Origin: Lama glama
Lineage: Eukaryota
DNA length: 64,000 bases
Reading direction: 5' to 3'
Assembly (NCBI GenBank): GCA_028534125.1
Contig: CM052817.1
Location: 88,166,001 to 88,230,000, forward strand
Shown here: one piece after another, positions 11,531 through 26,149 of the stretch
How the letters are laid out: every line of letters begins with the position of its first letter
Position numbering within the stretch: the stretch's first letter is position 1
The notes under the pieces: generated by a model
Told to the model about the DNA's origin: nothing
Databases searched by the model: none
The model's input: only the letters and a program-made list of their open reading frames with translations
Program-made: the position numbers and the translations under genes

Positions 11531-13584
11531 CGAGAGTCTTGTTTAGTTAGCTCAAGCTATTGACTACATAAATATGTCCCACAGATTAACAATTGACGAC
11601 ATTTCTAAAAATGAAATGAGACAACATAAGATGTAAGTGCCTTTCTTAGGCAGAGTCTAGACTGTCAAAGACAAAACACTAGAGGAGATGAAGCCAAGAG
11701 GTGATTGACCAGGAAGCCACAGAATTAGCAATGACCTCACATTGCACCTAGCCCTGACCTCAAACAGGATTACTTAGAGAAGATAAGAAAGTTAATTCAG
11801 AGAACATTAAAGAATTTTTGTCAAGATGGCTTGATTCTTGGTCCTATTTTAGGGAAAGGGTAATGCTTAGGCCTCATTTTTTCTTGTAAGCCCTCTTTTC
11901 TCCTACTGTCCAACAGTTGTGCGTAAAGGAACAATATTTGATGCAAAACGTACATGATTTCTAGGCAGCTCTTTGTAGATTTTGCCACTCACCATGTAAA
12001 CTATTTTCACAATAGGTTTTCATGGATTGATAAGGTTAACTTATGAAACATGCTCTAATTATATGTCACTGCATTAGGACAATGAAACTAAGAACTGATT
12101 TAGGTTATACAATATATACAGGTGCCCTGCAACAAGACCAAAGTAATCAAGTGAATGAAATGAATATCATACATCTCAAGTAGCATTCCAGGCTGCATAT
12201 TATGTTTTCCATCCCTTAACAGATCACACAGTAGCTATAAGTCTGTGGACATACTTCAGAGTCAGCATCCCTAGAAGTCAGATCTGATGGAAAATGTCAT
12301 ACAAAATGCCAGAATCCTGCAGCTAAGTTCATGAAACATAAACTTTAAATATAAATAGATATCTAGACAATGGATTAGTCATGAAAATCCAGGAAAAATC
12401 TTCTTTTGTTCTTTTATGTTTTCAAAAGGTACAGAGCTTTTAATTTGTTTTTATTTCTGTGAATAACCTTCTGTAGCCAAAACACTTTTTAAAAAGATAC
12501 TGCTTAGTAGAAGTAACTTCAACAATAAGATACAACTCTTTTCTTCAGTGTTTATCTTTAAATCTCCTCATATATTTTGCCTCTCAGTTTTAAAATGTTT
12601 TCCACTACTGCTTTAGTTTTTTTTTCAAAATAGATTTTACAACTTAAAAATGAGACATTGTTATAATACTTTTCATTAGTCTCATCTATTTCTAAAAATC
12701 TTACTTTCATAAAAGTGTGTTGAATAAGTAGCCAAGGAATAGCTAATCACTTGAGAAGAACACAGCTTAATCCTAAACAAAGAGCCAGACTGATCTAAAA
12801 CTCCCGAGAGCCAACTTTGTAATCCTGGACATAAACTGATAACAACTTCACAAGTCGTTACCCTAGAAAACAAATTATTTGAATAGACACGTTTCTTCAA
12901 GAACAATACCTCGTATTTTTGAGTTAATCAACTTTAATACAGAAAATTATTCATGAAGGTACAGTTGATTTTTTTCAGGTTTCAAAGGTGAATATGATTA
13001 ATATCCCTGACTGTACTTTGGTCATGTAGTTAAATTAGAACATGTTTTTAGCGATTAAGTCATAGTGTCATAAATATAACTTTTACATCACCGATTTATG
13101 GCCTAAAGAGCAAGAAAACAGATGCAAACTTTTCTGAAGACAATTATAAAAAGGCAAAAAGTAAAGGTAAATATTTATTACTACTGTTGCCATGGAATAA
13201 GACTTTTGTGTATCTATCTATTCCATCTTCCATATTATCACCCACTTTGTATTATAAACACCCACACAAATGTAGGCCTGAGTTTGCTTCTGCTATGATA
13301 AGAAATAATATAAAATGATCCAAGCATTTTTAAAAAGTGATTGTAAATTAGAATTTATGGTAATATGTTATTAGATTATATACATAAGAGAGAAGCAATA
13401 GGATCTTATAAACAGAATATTTTTTTATATTTGACATTGAGGTAATTTTTTAAATTTAAAAATTATTTTCCAGAACTGATTGTCAAAAATTTTTAAAGCT
13501 TTTTTTAATTTTCTGCACAGTTACCTATACTACCTATATTATACTCCAAATGATTATTTAATATCTAATATTAATGCATTTGTA

Positions 13585-13920
13585 AATTCAGTTAACAAAT
13601 ATTTTTTTCTTATTTACTCTGCCAGAAAATCTAGAATATAAGGATAAATAATCCAAAGCTACACAATTTCATGAACTTAAATTCAAGTATAGGAGATAAA
13701 AATTACAATAAGGAAAGTATGCAAATCACCATGAAAATTATATCATGTTCTTAGGATTTCAGAAGGTAATAGATTCTTCCAAGTGGATTTATGAGTGACT
13801 GTTTGAATTTAAAGATGCCCTTTGAGTGAGACATAAAACAGTGGATCAGATTTTACTAAATGGATAGTAGGCATGTCAGGCAGAACTGATAGGATGTAGA
13901 AAGCTATGGAAGCGTTAACA
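13585..13920 (-). mobile_element. Degenerate L2 fragment
   Basis: attcagttaacaaatattt...tttactctgccag...catgaacttaaattcaagtataggagataa resembles an antisense L2 3' end. Confidence 0.4.
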
Positions 13921-16900
13921 AGTTAAGATTTGTTGCAGAATATCAAAAAGATCAAAAAGTACAACTTGTGTAAACTTTATAGTAAGTTTCAGGGAGTAAG
14001 TGTGTTAAGAGTCAAAAGATAGCTTCACCAGGTTTGTGAAGGTTTCAATTCAGCAAGAAGTAGAATTATGTATATTCATATTATATGTATATATTATAAA
14101 TAATTATATATAACATAATGGTATATATTCATAGACATATATATATATATAAATAATCATCTAAGTAGGAGTATTACACAAAATAGATTTGGAGAGGTAA
14201 AAAAGAGACATAGGGAATATGGAGACTAATTTGCAATTTGTAGGCTATAACAATATTTTTGTGTTAATCACCTGTAGTGCAGGAGGAGGGGAGACTCCCA
14301 GGAGAAGAGGAAGCATCTTCCTTGTGAAAATAAAGGATGATGGCAAAGAGATAATTTGTGATGAGAGGGCAGGGTTGTAGTAGATTGTTTGAAATACAGA
14401 TGAAGGTGGCCAGAAGATTCTTTGCTATAATCAGTTTCCTTTTTAATAAACTATATGGTCTTTATGAGTATGTATGCCTTTGTGTATGTAGTTGTATGGG
14501 CCTTACATTTGTTGTTTGTAGTTATCTCTGCTGTATGCTGAAGAGAAGTTGTGGGGAATGTTAATTTAAAGTTGGCTGGGAATAGATAATTGGTCAAAGT
14601 GATAGGGTTTCATGAAAGTTTTGTTGAGCATAATGAGTTCTTATATGAAGATGTATTAAACTTTAGTTCCTAAATGTTGCTTTTTGTTGGTCACTTTTTG
14701 CATGATTTGATGGTTTTATAAATAAGTTGTTTGTTTTAAGTTCATAATATTAAAAATGAATGTCGATATGCTGTGTTCTTTCCACAATTTTTGTATAAAC
14801 CTCCACGAATTCCACCAAGTTGCCTCTGCCAACTGGGATGTGACAGAAAATGGGTGGAAAGGAAGAAGTTCTATATTCTCTTCCCAGTCCTCTCTTATCA
14901 ACCTGAGAAAATATGATTTCATATATTTCTATAATGAATTTGTCTAAGTTTTCCTTTGAACACAAAGACTTAAATAAGCAAATCAAACTTTGAAAACTAC
15001 TGGTAATAGAGTTTCTTTACAGTAGAAAAATTGAAATCTTCAAATATATCAGGTAACAAAACAATATATTAGGTGCATGTCATCCACATGAAAGAGAAAT
15101 GTTCAGAAAAACACAATAGTTTGAACCAAAAGAGCTGCAGAATAATTGAAAATTACTGTTATTGTTGGAAATGTCTGGAAGAATAATGTCAGGTCATTCT
15201 TTCATCCTAACCCTAAAGCATTAGGGTGACCTTCTGCACAAGGTTCGTGCAAAGCTGAGGGCTTCAGAGGCTCCCTGCCCACCAAGATGCTTGTAGAACG
15301 GCCCACACAGGCTGCTGTCTTTGTGTGACCCAGGTGGCATGCTCCCAGAGGAGCTATTATACTGCCCCCGTCATACAGCCGAGCTGCTTTGTGTGCACAT
15401 CACTTCAAAGAGGCACTTGCTTATTACTCTAGGGCACATGGGTTTATGTCGCAGTACAGAGTTGAATCAAAGTAGTTTTGTAAAGTGATTTCTAAATTTG
15501 CTTCTACTGAGGCCTAATTAAACCTCAATGGCTGTACAAAAGATATGCCATAATAAAAAATATAGTTAGACTCACACCATGCATGAAAGTGCTAAACAAA
15601 TTGCTCTAGGTGCATATGTAAACCAAGAGGCTAAGGTCTTCTTGTTAATCACTCTTAGGCATCTATAGTTTTCAAAATGTATAAGGAAATCTCCCTTCTT
15701 TATATAATCTCCTCAGACTTTTGTTTGGCATTATAATTATCCCCACAAACCTACCCAACTGTGATTCTTTTTCTTTTTCTTTTTTTTTTTAACAAACTAC
15801 CAGGGATGATTTCTGAATATTTTATCTTTTCTATATTACCGATTTGAAATATATATAAATCAAAATGTTGTTAGTATCAGGGAAACCATAAATATCAACA
15901 AAACTAAAGAGAGAAAATATTTACATTGTAATATCTTGAGGGACAAATAATACCAATGTTGTTTATTAACAATGACTAAAAATTGGAGTGTGTGATTTAA
16001 GATGGTGTTGACTATGAGACATCAAATCAAATGGGCTTTTTGAACTAATCAGTGTTTGGATTTACAGTAGTAAACACATGTAAACATTATAGAGATTGGT
16101 GTTCTGGGGATTGGTACTTTTGTGTTTTTAAGTTTTTTTTACCTAGAAGCAATGCACACACATACACACACCCCATTCTAAAATATCAAGTTTACAAACT
16201 AAAGACAACAGTTCTTCTAACTCTCCCATTCCTCATAATTCATATACTATTTTAACAGTAAGTTTGTTTATTATACTATTTTCAAGTTTGAAAATACTTC
16301 TCTCCTTCAAAATATATTCTACTGAATGTTCTCTTATGAACATCTGTACTACCATCTACTGGAAAGGTAAGTATATATCAACAATCACTTTCTTATCAAC
16401 CATTCAAAACAGAATACAATTAATTTGAAAACAGGCAAAACAATATTATTTTTGATAATCGAAATCTACCAATTGATAACAATAATAAATAATTGTGATT
16501 GCACACACATATCATTCTGAAAAATATATAGACACATACTATATATACTGCAATATCAGTTGCTTGTGAGTATGCATTGTAACATGTTAAATTAAATTGC
16601 ATAATTATTCAGTATTGTTCAGGAAATCTTTTTCATCTTATGATTTTACTGTTAGTTTTCAATTACTTTCTGAATGTAAAGTTCAAATAAAGTTTGGATA
16701 TATTGAATTAACTTTTTACCTGTCAATATTTACACACTTTTGTTTTTTTTTTAATGGCCAGGAATGTCAGATAAAACATCTAGGTAAGATTCAGAAATGT
16801 GAAATAGAGCACTATATGTGCAAGTAAGGGTAGGCAGATAAATGGCTCGATTTCATGGACATCTAAGCTGCATGAATTCATGTTTGTGCACTACGATGGC

Positions 16901-19900
16901 CACGTGTCCACATGTGGAGAGTGAGACACAGAGGGGAAGTTGTGGCACATGCACACATGCTGCACTGTAGGGAGTCTAGGCTCATATCCTGACTCCTAAA
17001 CCTGCAAGCTGTTAAAACGATCAATTGAAGTAACATTTCTGATATTCAGAATCATACATACTAAGACTTTGAGAACTTCAGAGATAATTGATATAGAGTT
17101 CCCACCAGCTCTTCTTATAATACAGGATAATTAACAAAAATTCTAGATGATAACAGTTTACAGATATTTTACAAATACCTTTGGATTTACTTTTCATTTT
17201 TTAGGGGACCCCTTAGTCATCACTACTCTTCAGTCAGCCAACATATGCTAATAGTTGTGATTAGGTTCATAGGAGTACCTAAGCCAGCAATGAATTGGTT
17301 CATTTGTTTGAAATATAAAGGAAAACCAAAGTTGAGTTAATTTTCGTTCTCAACATATGCATTCGGTGAGACAATGTATGTGCATTACATATACTTCTTT
17401 TAGTTCTGAAAATAGACTGTTTGAAAAATGTATTAAATATAGAAGCTACAAACAAAAAAATAGAAAGAATAGAATGGATTTTTATGTACTTGGGAATTAC
17501 TTTCAATAATTAAGAACTATATCCAATTAAATGGCAAGGCAGCCAAGTCATAAATTTTATTGTTGTTGTTAGTGTTTATTGTTACTGTTTATCTTTAAAT
17601 AAGATTTAGTAAATAAGATCAACATACGTTTGAATTTAGAATCAATTTGCAAGATGTTTCTTCTGGGCAAGTAGAAATGGATATTTATTAGAACTGTAGA
17701 AATGGTTAAAGCAGCTACTTAAAGTCAGGCATATTTAAGGAGCTCATTATTTTTACTCAAGTACTTACTAAGTGTAGTTGGAAATCAACATTTAATGATT
17801 TTGGTTAAACATCAGAGTAAAGTGCAATCTCAAATTATAAAATCTGCATTTTCCTTCATTAGTAGTTAAGAGTAATAGGAAAGAAAACTTATTTTGCTAT
17901 AAAGTTTAGCTACTGAGGTTGGCAAGTAATAAAATAAATATGTTGGTTTAGAATGATTTACTACAACAATGACATCCATATATCTACAGTTGCTATAATT
18001 TAATGAGCTTTTCTGACTGGTAGTGAATGCTTTAAATGTGTTCCAATAAATTAAACAATTACATTTATGTGTTATTCACAGTTATTTTATTACACTTCAT
18101 AATAAATAATCTTGAGAATACAAATTTGAAAAGGCAATTTATTTGATATTCCAAAAATCAATCAAGTTTCTAATTCATATAAGACATTAGAGCAGTGTGA
18201 AATATATTACAAAAGAAAACATAAAAAGTAAAATAAATATAAAATCATTAATTTTATGATAGTATTTTAATCCTTGAAATCATCGTCAAAAAACCGTTAT
18301 CTATATAAGTAAAAATAAGAAATTATGTTTTCAAGTAATTTATACATTACCTCCTGAGGTATATGCTATTGTAATTAGTGACAAAATGTGTTAAGTACAC
18401 TTTTGTAAGCTTTCTCAATTTTTATAATATCACTCATTTAAGAAGCAATATTTTAGGAACTCATATGCCTTTTACCTACACTTTTATAAAATTTTTATAG
18501 TCATACATTTTGTGATTCTTACCTACATGCTCAAACTTTTTTCCTATAACCTATCTTTTTTTCGTAATTCTCAATTATCCTTTATTTCTTTAATATATCT
18601 AAAGAAAAAAAAAGGTTAGACATGATCAAATGTGAAAAGTATGTACATACACATACAAATTACATTTCAATGATTGAAAACTTCACTTTCCAAAGTTGTA
18701 AATATATGTATTACATTTACTTCTAACTAGTTTTACAACTAAGTAAGATATCATATGCAAATAACCTGGCAGAGTTTCTATCTAATAATGGTTATGTTAT
18801 GCATGTTAGTTCTAGCCTTTCAGTCCTAGGAGAAAATTATCTAACATTTTGTTAAATGATTCAAGGAACCATGTGCTCCCCGCCCCCAACACCTATGTGT
18901 ATGGAAAAAAGGATGTTAAAGATGATAAATAGCCTGACATTTGGGGATTCTCTCTAAAAATCAGTGAAGAAATAGTACAAGCAGTAGGTTTACAGTGAAA
19001 CAGTGTACCTACTCTCCATGTCAAAAGTGTTTTTTCAGTTATAAAACCTCTTCATTTGAAAGATCTAATAATTTTTGTTCTAGTTAAACTAAGCTTATCC
19101 TTGGATTTGTGTATACATCCCCAGTATCAAACTCAAACCCAAGTAGATGACAGTTTCTTGTTCGTGTCCATAAATTTGTGGGTTTTTTTAAATTTGGGCA
19201 TACAAAGAAGCAGTCCTATACACATATAACTTTAATGTATCTGAAGCATTTTTCTAACACTGAAATGAAAAATAAAATAAATGGAAAAACACTAAATTTG
19301 AGGCTTGATCATTGTGTTTAGTGTGAGCCTGTCAAAGTGTGCATATGTTAAGTTTGTTTTCTTTTTATGTTTGAATAATATTGAACATCTTTTGTTTTTC
19401 CCAGCATAGAAATGATAATTTTGTGACCATGCATCCTTAATAAAAAGAAGAAAAGACAAAATAGCTGCAATCATTATCCAGTCCTACTGTGAGCAAATTA
19501 CTTTCCGGAGATCACTCGTGAGAGGCTGACGTCTTCTTCCAGAACACTAGGGTTCTATTTCTGTTACCTCTTCTGGTACAGTAAATGACATTTAGGTGTC
19601 TGATAGAGTACATTTGCCTCTTAGGTATACCATATTCACTGAAGCATCACACAATAATATCAACTTAGATTGTAAATTCAGTGAACCAGTACATATCATC
19701 CCCAATTCTATTTTATGTGATAGCACCTAATTCACTGCAGAAAACTGCTTTCAGTTTGAATATTGTTGAAAAAATTATAAGAACAAAGGTAGAAAAGAAT
19801 GAGTAATAACATTCAAAATTAAGGAATACATTCGAGTTTTTTTTTAAATCAATTGTATGTCTGGTATTCCTAATCTACTTACTTTTCTAGAACCTAATTT

Positions 19901-20936
19901 TATAGAACTAGTTTATTATCTTTCTTTAAGCATTTGTTGCCACTTTTTTTTTACTTGATAGCTTTTTTTTTCCTTTTTAAAAATCTTTTATGGTGCTGTT
20001 TCCACACTCCCTATCACTGATTTTGTTTCTAATTATCCTTTACTTTTCTTAGTCACAAAACAGAAAAGCAGAAGGAAGCTGAAATAAGAAAATTGTCTCT
20101 TTAATATTTTATAAAAATTAGTTTTTAATCCCATAACCTGAGCTTATATACCCTTTTTCAACTAGAAAAAAACATCATAGTACTAGGACTTAATTATGTT
20201 CTCCAACTGAGACCATCTATTTCCAGAAAATTTATGTCACATTTTAACCCATCCCTGTATCTGTAGAAAATATGTTCATATAAAGGAAGAAATGCAAAAG
20301 AATAAAAAAAATCAGTAAGCCAGTAAGTCTAGAATGTTTATTTTTTGAAAAGCAATGCATCTATAAAATGGTTTCAGTAATGCTGAATATTCACAGTATA
20401 ATTGTGTGTGTGCTTATAAGGCAATAGGTAAGATGATACCAGTAGAGAAAAGCATTTTAAAATTATTATAGGATTGCTTAAGCTCTAGGGGAAATTTAAT
20501 ATTGAGATAATATTACATGTCACTTGGTTTAGCATAACTCACAATGCTTGAATCTTTTTCATATTTCTCAGAAATGATTATTCAATATAGATAGCACTCC
20601 TTTTTAAGATTATTCTTAATGTGAAGGAGTTGGGTGGTACACATATACAATCATGGTGAAATAATTTGGAATTGAGTCCCAAGGTAAGCAGAAATATAAA
20701 TATTATTTCTTAGAAGTTGAATGGAGGGGATAAAAGGAGATTAAGAATCCATGTGGAAATGAAAAGAGAAAATTATTATTTAGACAAAGGAAAGAGCAGA
20801 AGGAAAGGAATAAAGAGAAAGAAGAAAGAGCAAAGGATTTGGTACAGAGTTGTCACCAGTTTCCCTTTGGAGTACAATTATCAGTTTATTTTAACACAGG
20901 TGGCTTCTGTATCTTCATAAACAATAATTCATTTTA

Positions 20937-21627
20937 GGCTAGCATCAAAAAAGTCTCAAGTAATAAATGCTGGGTTTGGAAAAAAGGGAACCCTCCTACA
21001 CCATTGGTGGGAGTGTAGTTTGGTGCAGCCACTGTGGAAAACAGTATGGAGATTCCTTAAAAAACTAAAATAGACTTACCATATGATCCAGCAATCCCAC
21101 TCCTGGGCATATATCCAGAGAAAATTATAATTCAAAAAGCAATCTAAGTGTCCATCAACAGACAAATGGATAGAGAAGATGTAATATATATTTTCCAATG
21201 GAATATTATTCAGTCACAAAAAATGAAATATTGCTATTTGCTACAACAAAGATGGACCCAGAGAACATAATACTAAGTGAATTAAATCAGTCAGGGAAAG
21301 ACAGATATATCACTTATATGTGAATTCTGGATTCCTCAAATGAACTTACAAAACAGAAACAGATTCACAGATATACAAACTTATGGTTACCAAAGGGACA
21401 GGGTGGGAGGCATAAGTTAGGAGTATGGAATTAACAGATGCACATTACTATATATAAAATAGATAAGCAACAAGGATTTACTGTGTAGCACAGGCAACTA
21501 TACTGAATATCTTGTAATAGCCTATAATGGAAAATGACCTGTAGATATATATATGTAACTGAATCGTTTTGCTGTACACCTGAAACTAACACAATATTGT
21601 AAATTAATTGTACTTCAGTAAAGAAAA
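20937..21627 (+). mobile_element. 5'-truncated L1 (end of ORF2 + 3' UTR)
   Basis: gggaaccctcctacaccattggtgggagtgtagtttggtgcagccactgtggaaaacagtatggag... and a typical artiodactyl 3' UTR. TSD AATAATTCATTTTA (20923-20936) / AATAGTTCATTTTA (21628-21641). Confidence 0.92.
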
Positions 21628-21711
21628 AATAGTTCATTTTATGTTAGAGGGCCTTCCTAATATTTACTGACATTTGCAAACTCTTCTCTTGGAGACTTGC
21701 TTTTCTCTAAC

Positions 21712-21842
21712 ACCTTGCTACTTAATGAGTAGTTTGCAGATCATCAGTGGCAGCATCACCTGGGAGCCTGTTGGAAATGCAGACATTTGTGACAAGATCC
21801 CAAGTAATTTGTAACACATATAAATACTTGGGAAGTACCACT
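21712..21842. mobile_element. MER5A-like hAT-Charlie MITE, internally deleted
   Basis: cagtggcagcatcacctgggagcctgttggaaatgcaga...acaagatcccaagtaatttgtaacacatataaatacttgggaagtacca. Confidence 0.65.
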
Positions 21843-23059
21843 TATAACATTTTTTTAAATTTACAATTAAAATCACTTTAAACTGTATGAAATTTCAAAT
21901 CAGAATGACTGAATGTGGAGGAGATACTAGACTGTTTGCATGAAACTTACATTAAGTTTAGAATTATATTAGAGCACACTGTGGAGGAAAGCTGATGGAC
22001 TTAGTAAGCATGGAGGATCTAGGAAAGACCGCTGGAGGCTAACTACAATTTTCTGTTAAAGAGAGGAATGCAGTGTAACTCATGGTTCCATCTGAAAACC
22101 TTTGAAACAAATGTCACCATTTTAGGGGGAGGTAGAGAATCATCACGTGGGTCATGTAGGGGTGTGTTGGGCCATAGAAGCATTTTAGATGACAGCAGTG
22201 TGCTGTTACTGGGCCCTGACTGGAGTTTTAGGGAAACAGATGAATCAATAAATCCTTTAGGCAGCAGTTTCTAAGAGCCAATAATCATGTCTTTTGTTTG
22301 TGGGTTATATGGGTTTTGTTTTTGTTTTCTGGAGGGTAATATGGAGAGGATGTGAACAAAGAAGGAGTATGGAACTTTTTGAACCTTGACGACCATCAAG
22401 TTGCTGTTCTGAGCTCTCAAGGACAGACTAGATGAGGTTTTGTTTTGTTTTGTTTTGTTTTTCTTTCACAGAACCATTGTGAAATTCAACACCATTGAAT
22501 ATTGACTCTCAAAATGTCACCAAAGCAAACTATTAGTAATGCAAGGCTAAGTGTGTTGCTTAAATGGTAAGGGAGTAAATATATATATTTTACTTACTTT
22601 ATCCTGACAGTAAATACAAGGTTTCTGGATCAGAGGCAGATTGATTGTTTACTTACAAAAATATCTTGGTACTGGTTGTCTATGCTACATTTTCCTCCAT
22701 GGGACAGTATGGTGACAGCCAGGACCTGCAGGTGGAGTGGAGGAGTAAAAAGGGGTCCACACTATAGGAGAGGAATTCAAAATTATAAAAGTAGAAACTT
22801 AAAATATATAGGTGTTGGCATATTAACCACCACTCCCCTCTAGGGATAGAGTGATATTTTTACTCTGGAATGTAAACAGATCCACTGTTTGAGAGAGAAA
22901 GAGAAATTCACCTAGGTTCTCACAATCCTTTGAAACGTAATCAATGATTCTAGGTTCTATTACCATTTGACAGGGCTCCAAACCTATCACCTTAGATTAT
23001 GAGGGGTAAATGATTTTAGGAAAAAGGAGGCATTCTCTGTCATTCGAGCATGTCAACTG

Positions 23060-23500
23060 TCTTTATCAGAAAGGCCTGATTGTGCAGAAAAATAAAAATA
23101 TTCTCAACAGGGGAGCACTACCTTGATAGTATCTTAGTGAGAGGGAATGGCAAAGCCAGGATATTTATTAAGAATCTGAAGTCCTTTTAGGGTGAGTCTC
23201 TCAGTGAAGGGGATCAATTAGGATAGGCTAAGAATCAGGATGCAAGTTTAGAATTGGGAAAGAACAGTAAGGCCAGGATTTGAGGCAAGGGATTTAAAGA
23301 GTTCTAAGGTGTAAACTATTGTTTGATGTTTCCCATCGAAGAGTTGATGTATCTTTCAGAAAATTCCTGGAATAAAATTATTTGGAACTTTTATCTCCAG
23401 GGCAAGAGTTTTCTAGTATTATAAAGTTACATTAATGAAGACAACGGAATCAAGGTATGTTAATGTCAGTTGTAAGCTGTGTAATTGGTTTTGATTCTTA
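23060..23500. mobile_element. Possible ancient LTR (LTR78/79-like)
   Basis: General resemblance to a recalled ancient LTR consensus; no TSD identified. Confidence 0.3.
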
Positions 23501-24679
23501 GTGCATTCTATGTACATTTGGTGTAGAGTTAACCACTTATACCTCAGGTCCCACCCTCCCTTCACACCCTGTCATGACCCACCTGTTGACTGTGTCTCTT
23601 AATTGGCTCTTACCTCTGGTACAGCTGCAGACACATGGGATGGGCAAGACATCTGGATAAGGAGGTTTAAACAGAAAAAATAGGAACCTGAGTATTTCTG
23701 AGACTCAAGCACACTTAGGAAAGTTTCAAAATATTTTTGGTCAATAGCATAGGGGATGTTAGGGAAGGCTCTGAAGTCCTACCTGACATGGCAGAAGCTA
23801 AAACCTATCATAATTTGAGCCATTAATGTAAAATGAACTTATATTCACCCGTATGCTGGTAAGTCCTGGCATTTTGTGTTTCATCACTGGTTTCTGAAGA
23901 GGTAATTAATCGTATTGTGGTCAATCAGAACTCTTATCTACATAAAATTGATCTAATTATTAAGAAAACTTATAAAACTTTTTTTTCTATTAGAGGTTTC
24001 AGTATAATTTTGTGGAAAGAATATTTTCTCTGATGCCCTATATTTCCCAAATGTTAGTAAACAGAAATACATCAACAAACAATATGCTATGAAATTATGC
24101 AAAGAAAATCATAAGAAAATATGTGCATGGAAATGCTATAGAAAAGAAATACTTGTCAAGTATTTTTTTAAGTATAAACAAAAGAATCATATGAGTATGT
24201 GCAGAACAATCACTTCACAATCCAGAGCATGATTAATTTGTTTTTTGTAAAACCTATTTGGTTTTGTAAATAAAGTGGAATCATTAAGTCATGAATCAGA
24301 TTAGGAAAATGAAAACAAATCAGTTAAATAGATGTTTCAGTGAAATTTTAAGCTTTTAAGAAAGTAGCAATGATTATTTGAAGATAGCTCAACCTCTGTC
24401 TTAGTACAAGATAGTGGGTTTTGCAAATCCCTAATCCTATAATATGCGCCATGAAAATGGGATTCGGAAAGAAATAACCTTAGGAAGGCATTAGCTATGA
24501 ATAATCCTGCAATAAAGAAACCTCTTTAACATTGTTTAACTCACTGTTTGCCAGACTTAATTAACCATTGCATGTTTTACTTCATATATCTTTCAGTACA
24601 GAAGAACTAACACAAATGCTTTACACAGTATGTCAGGTGAATCTGTACTGCATGTAGCTCTATCATGAATTTGAATAGC

Positions 24680-24911
24680 AGTGCCTTGCTGTGCAAAATG
24701 TGGACCAGCAGCACTAGAATCCCCTGAAACATTGTTAGAAATACAAAGTTTATCACCTTGAAAAACTGGATAAGAATTTGAATTTTATAAGATCCCTAAG
24801 TGATTCATAAGCATATTAAAGTGAGAAGCCACTTTAAGAAGTGGTTTTCAAACATGGCTAAACATTAGTATAATGTGGAAATGTGCTTTTTCTAGTATCA
24901 ATGCCTTGGTG

Positions 24912-24957
<46 letters not shown>

Positions 24958-25045
24958 AACTGTAAGTGTTTTGGGTGGAATCCAAGCATTTTATGGAAAG
25001 CTCACTAGATGATCCTAATTTGCAGCCAGATAAAAGAACTGTAGG
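24680..25045. mobile_element. Adjacent MER5A-like and MER5B-like hAT-Charlie MITEs
   Basis: ggaccagcagcactagaatcccctgaaacattgttagaaatacaaa...aagatccctaagtgattc..., then agtggttttcaaacatggctaaacattag...gatgatcctaatttgcagccag. Confidence 0.65.
24913..24952. repeat. (CA)20 microsatellite
   Basis: Perfect CA run read directly from the sequence. Confidence 0.98.
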
Positions 25046-25204
25046 TAAAAAACAACACTTCCTTTAAGAAACAACATTAAGGAGTCTCAGTTTAATAGCA
25101 CCTTCATATTTACAGTAGTTCAAGACAAAACCTTGGAGTCTATTTTGACTTTCCACATTTTTTACATACCACACACAGTCCATTAGAAATCATAAGCAAA
25201 GACA

Positions 25205-25440
25205 CCCACTTTTAGCCAGGGTAGACTATCAGAAATCAGGTTTAACCTACACTTGTAAAAACCAAACAACTGCAACCAAGAAAAAAGGACCAAAAATATG
25301 AAACAGCAGTTTTCAAGACAACAGGCACCAAGAAAGTAAGGACAATGACCCCTGAGAAATGAGAAACAGATGAGGTGAAACCTACAATTAACCTGATGTA
25401 CTGACTCAGGGTGTTTCCAGGCCCAGCTCAGAGAGTCAAA
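25205..25440 (+). mobile_element. Old L1 (L1M4/L1MC-like) 5' end fragment
   Basis: ggaccaaaaatatgaaacagcagttttcaagaca...aggacaatgacccctgagaaatgagaaacagatgaggtg resembles L1MC 5' UTR. Confidence 0.45.
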
Positions 25441-25444
25441 TTCT

Positions 25445-26095
25445 TCTGTTGTTTTTGTTAATCAGATACATTTAGTATACAACAGTGCAATTGGCTTTAG
25501 AACAACATGGGTTTGATCATGCAGGTCCACTGACAGGAGGATTTTTTTCAATAGTGGATATTACGGTACTACATGACCCAAGATTGGTTGAATCTACAGA
25601 TGTGGAGCTGTGGCTGTGGAGAGCCAACTAAAAGTTATGCTCAAATTTTCCACTTCGAGGAGGATAGGTGCTCGTCACCCATGCTTTGTTGAAGAGTCAA
25701 CTATCTATTAGTTTCAGATGTGCAGTGCAAAGATTTGGTATTTGTACATATTGAGAAATGATCACCAAAATAATTCTACTTAACACCCATCACCACATAG
25801 TTACAATTTTTTTTCTTGTGATGAGAATTTTTTAAATCTATTGTCTTATCAATTTTCAAATATACAACACATTATTATTACTGTAGCCATTATTCTATAC
25901 ATTACATCCCCAGGAGTTATTTATTTTATAACTGGAAGTTAGTGCCTTTTATCCACCTTCACCCATTTCACCTACCTCCACCACCCCCTGGCTCTGGCAA
26001 CCACTGATCTCTTCTCTGTATCTACCAATTAGGTCTTGTTTATTTGTTTTTTAGATTCTACATGTAAGTGAAATCTTGAGGTATTTTTCTCTCTC
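25445..26095 (-). mobile_element. L1 3' UTR (L1MA9/laurasiatherian type), interrupted by MER8
   Basis: tattagtttcagatgtgcag...aatgatcaccaaaataattctacttaacacccatcaccacatagttacaa...tacattacatccccagga...ctctggcaaccact. Confidence 0.8.
25488..25703 (+). mobile_element. MER8 / Tigger2-derived MITE nested in L1
   Basis: TIR-like ends caattggctttagaacaaca ... tgttgaagagtcaact. Internal ggtccact...gatttttttcaatag...ttggttgaatc matches MER8. Confidence 0.8.
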
Positions 26096-26149
26096 ATTCA
26101 AAATTTTATATAGAGTTTTCTAAAATTTTGATCCCCATTTACTCGATTC

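Noticed and set aside
12970..12995. Possible 9-nt micro-exon TTTTTTCAG|GTTTCAAAG|GTGAAT
   Set aside because: Short pyrimidine tract, no upstream TGC and no host gene identified; plausible by chance.
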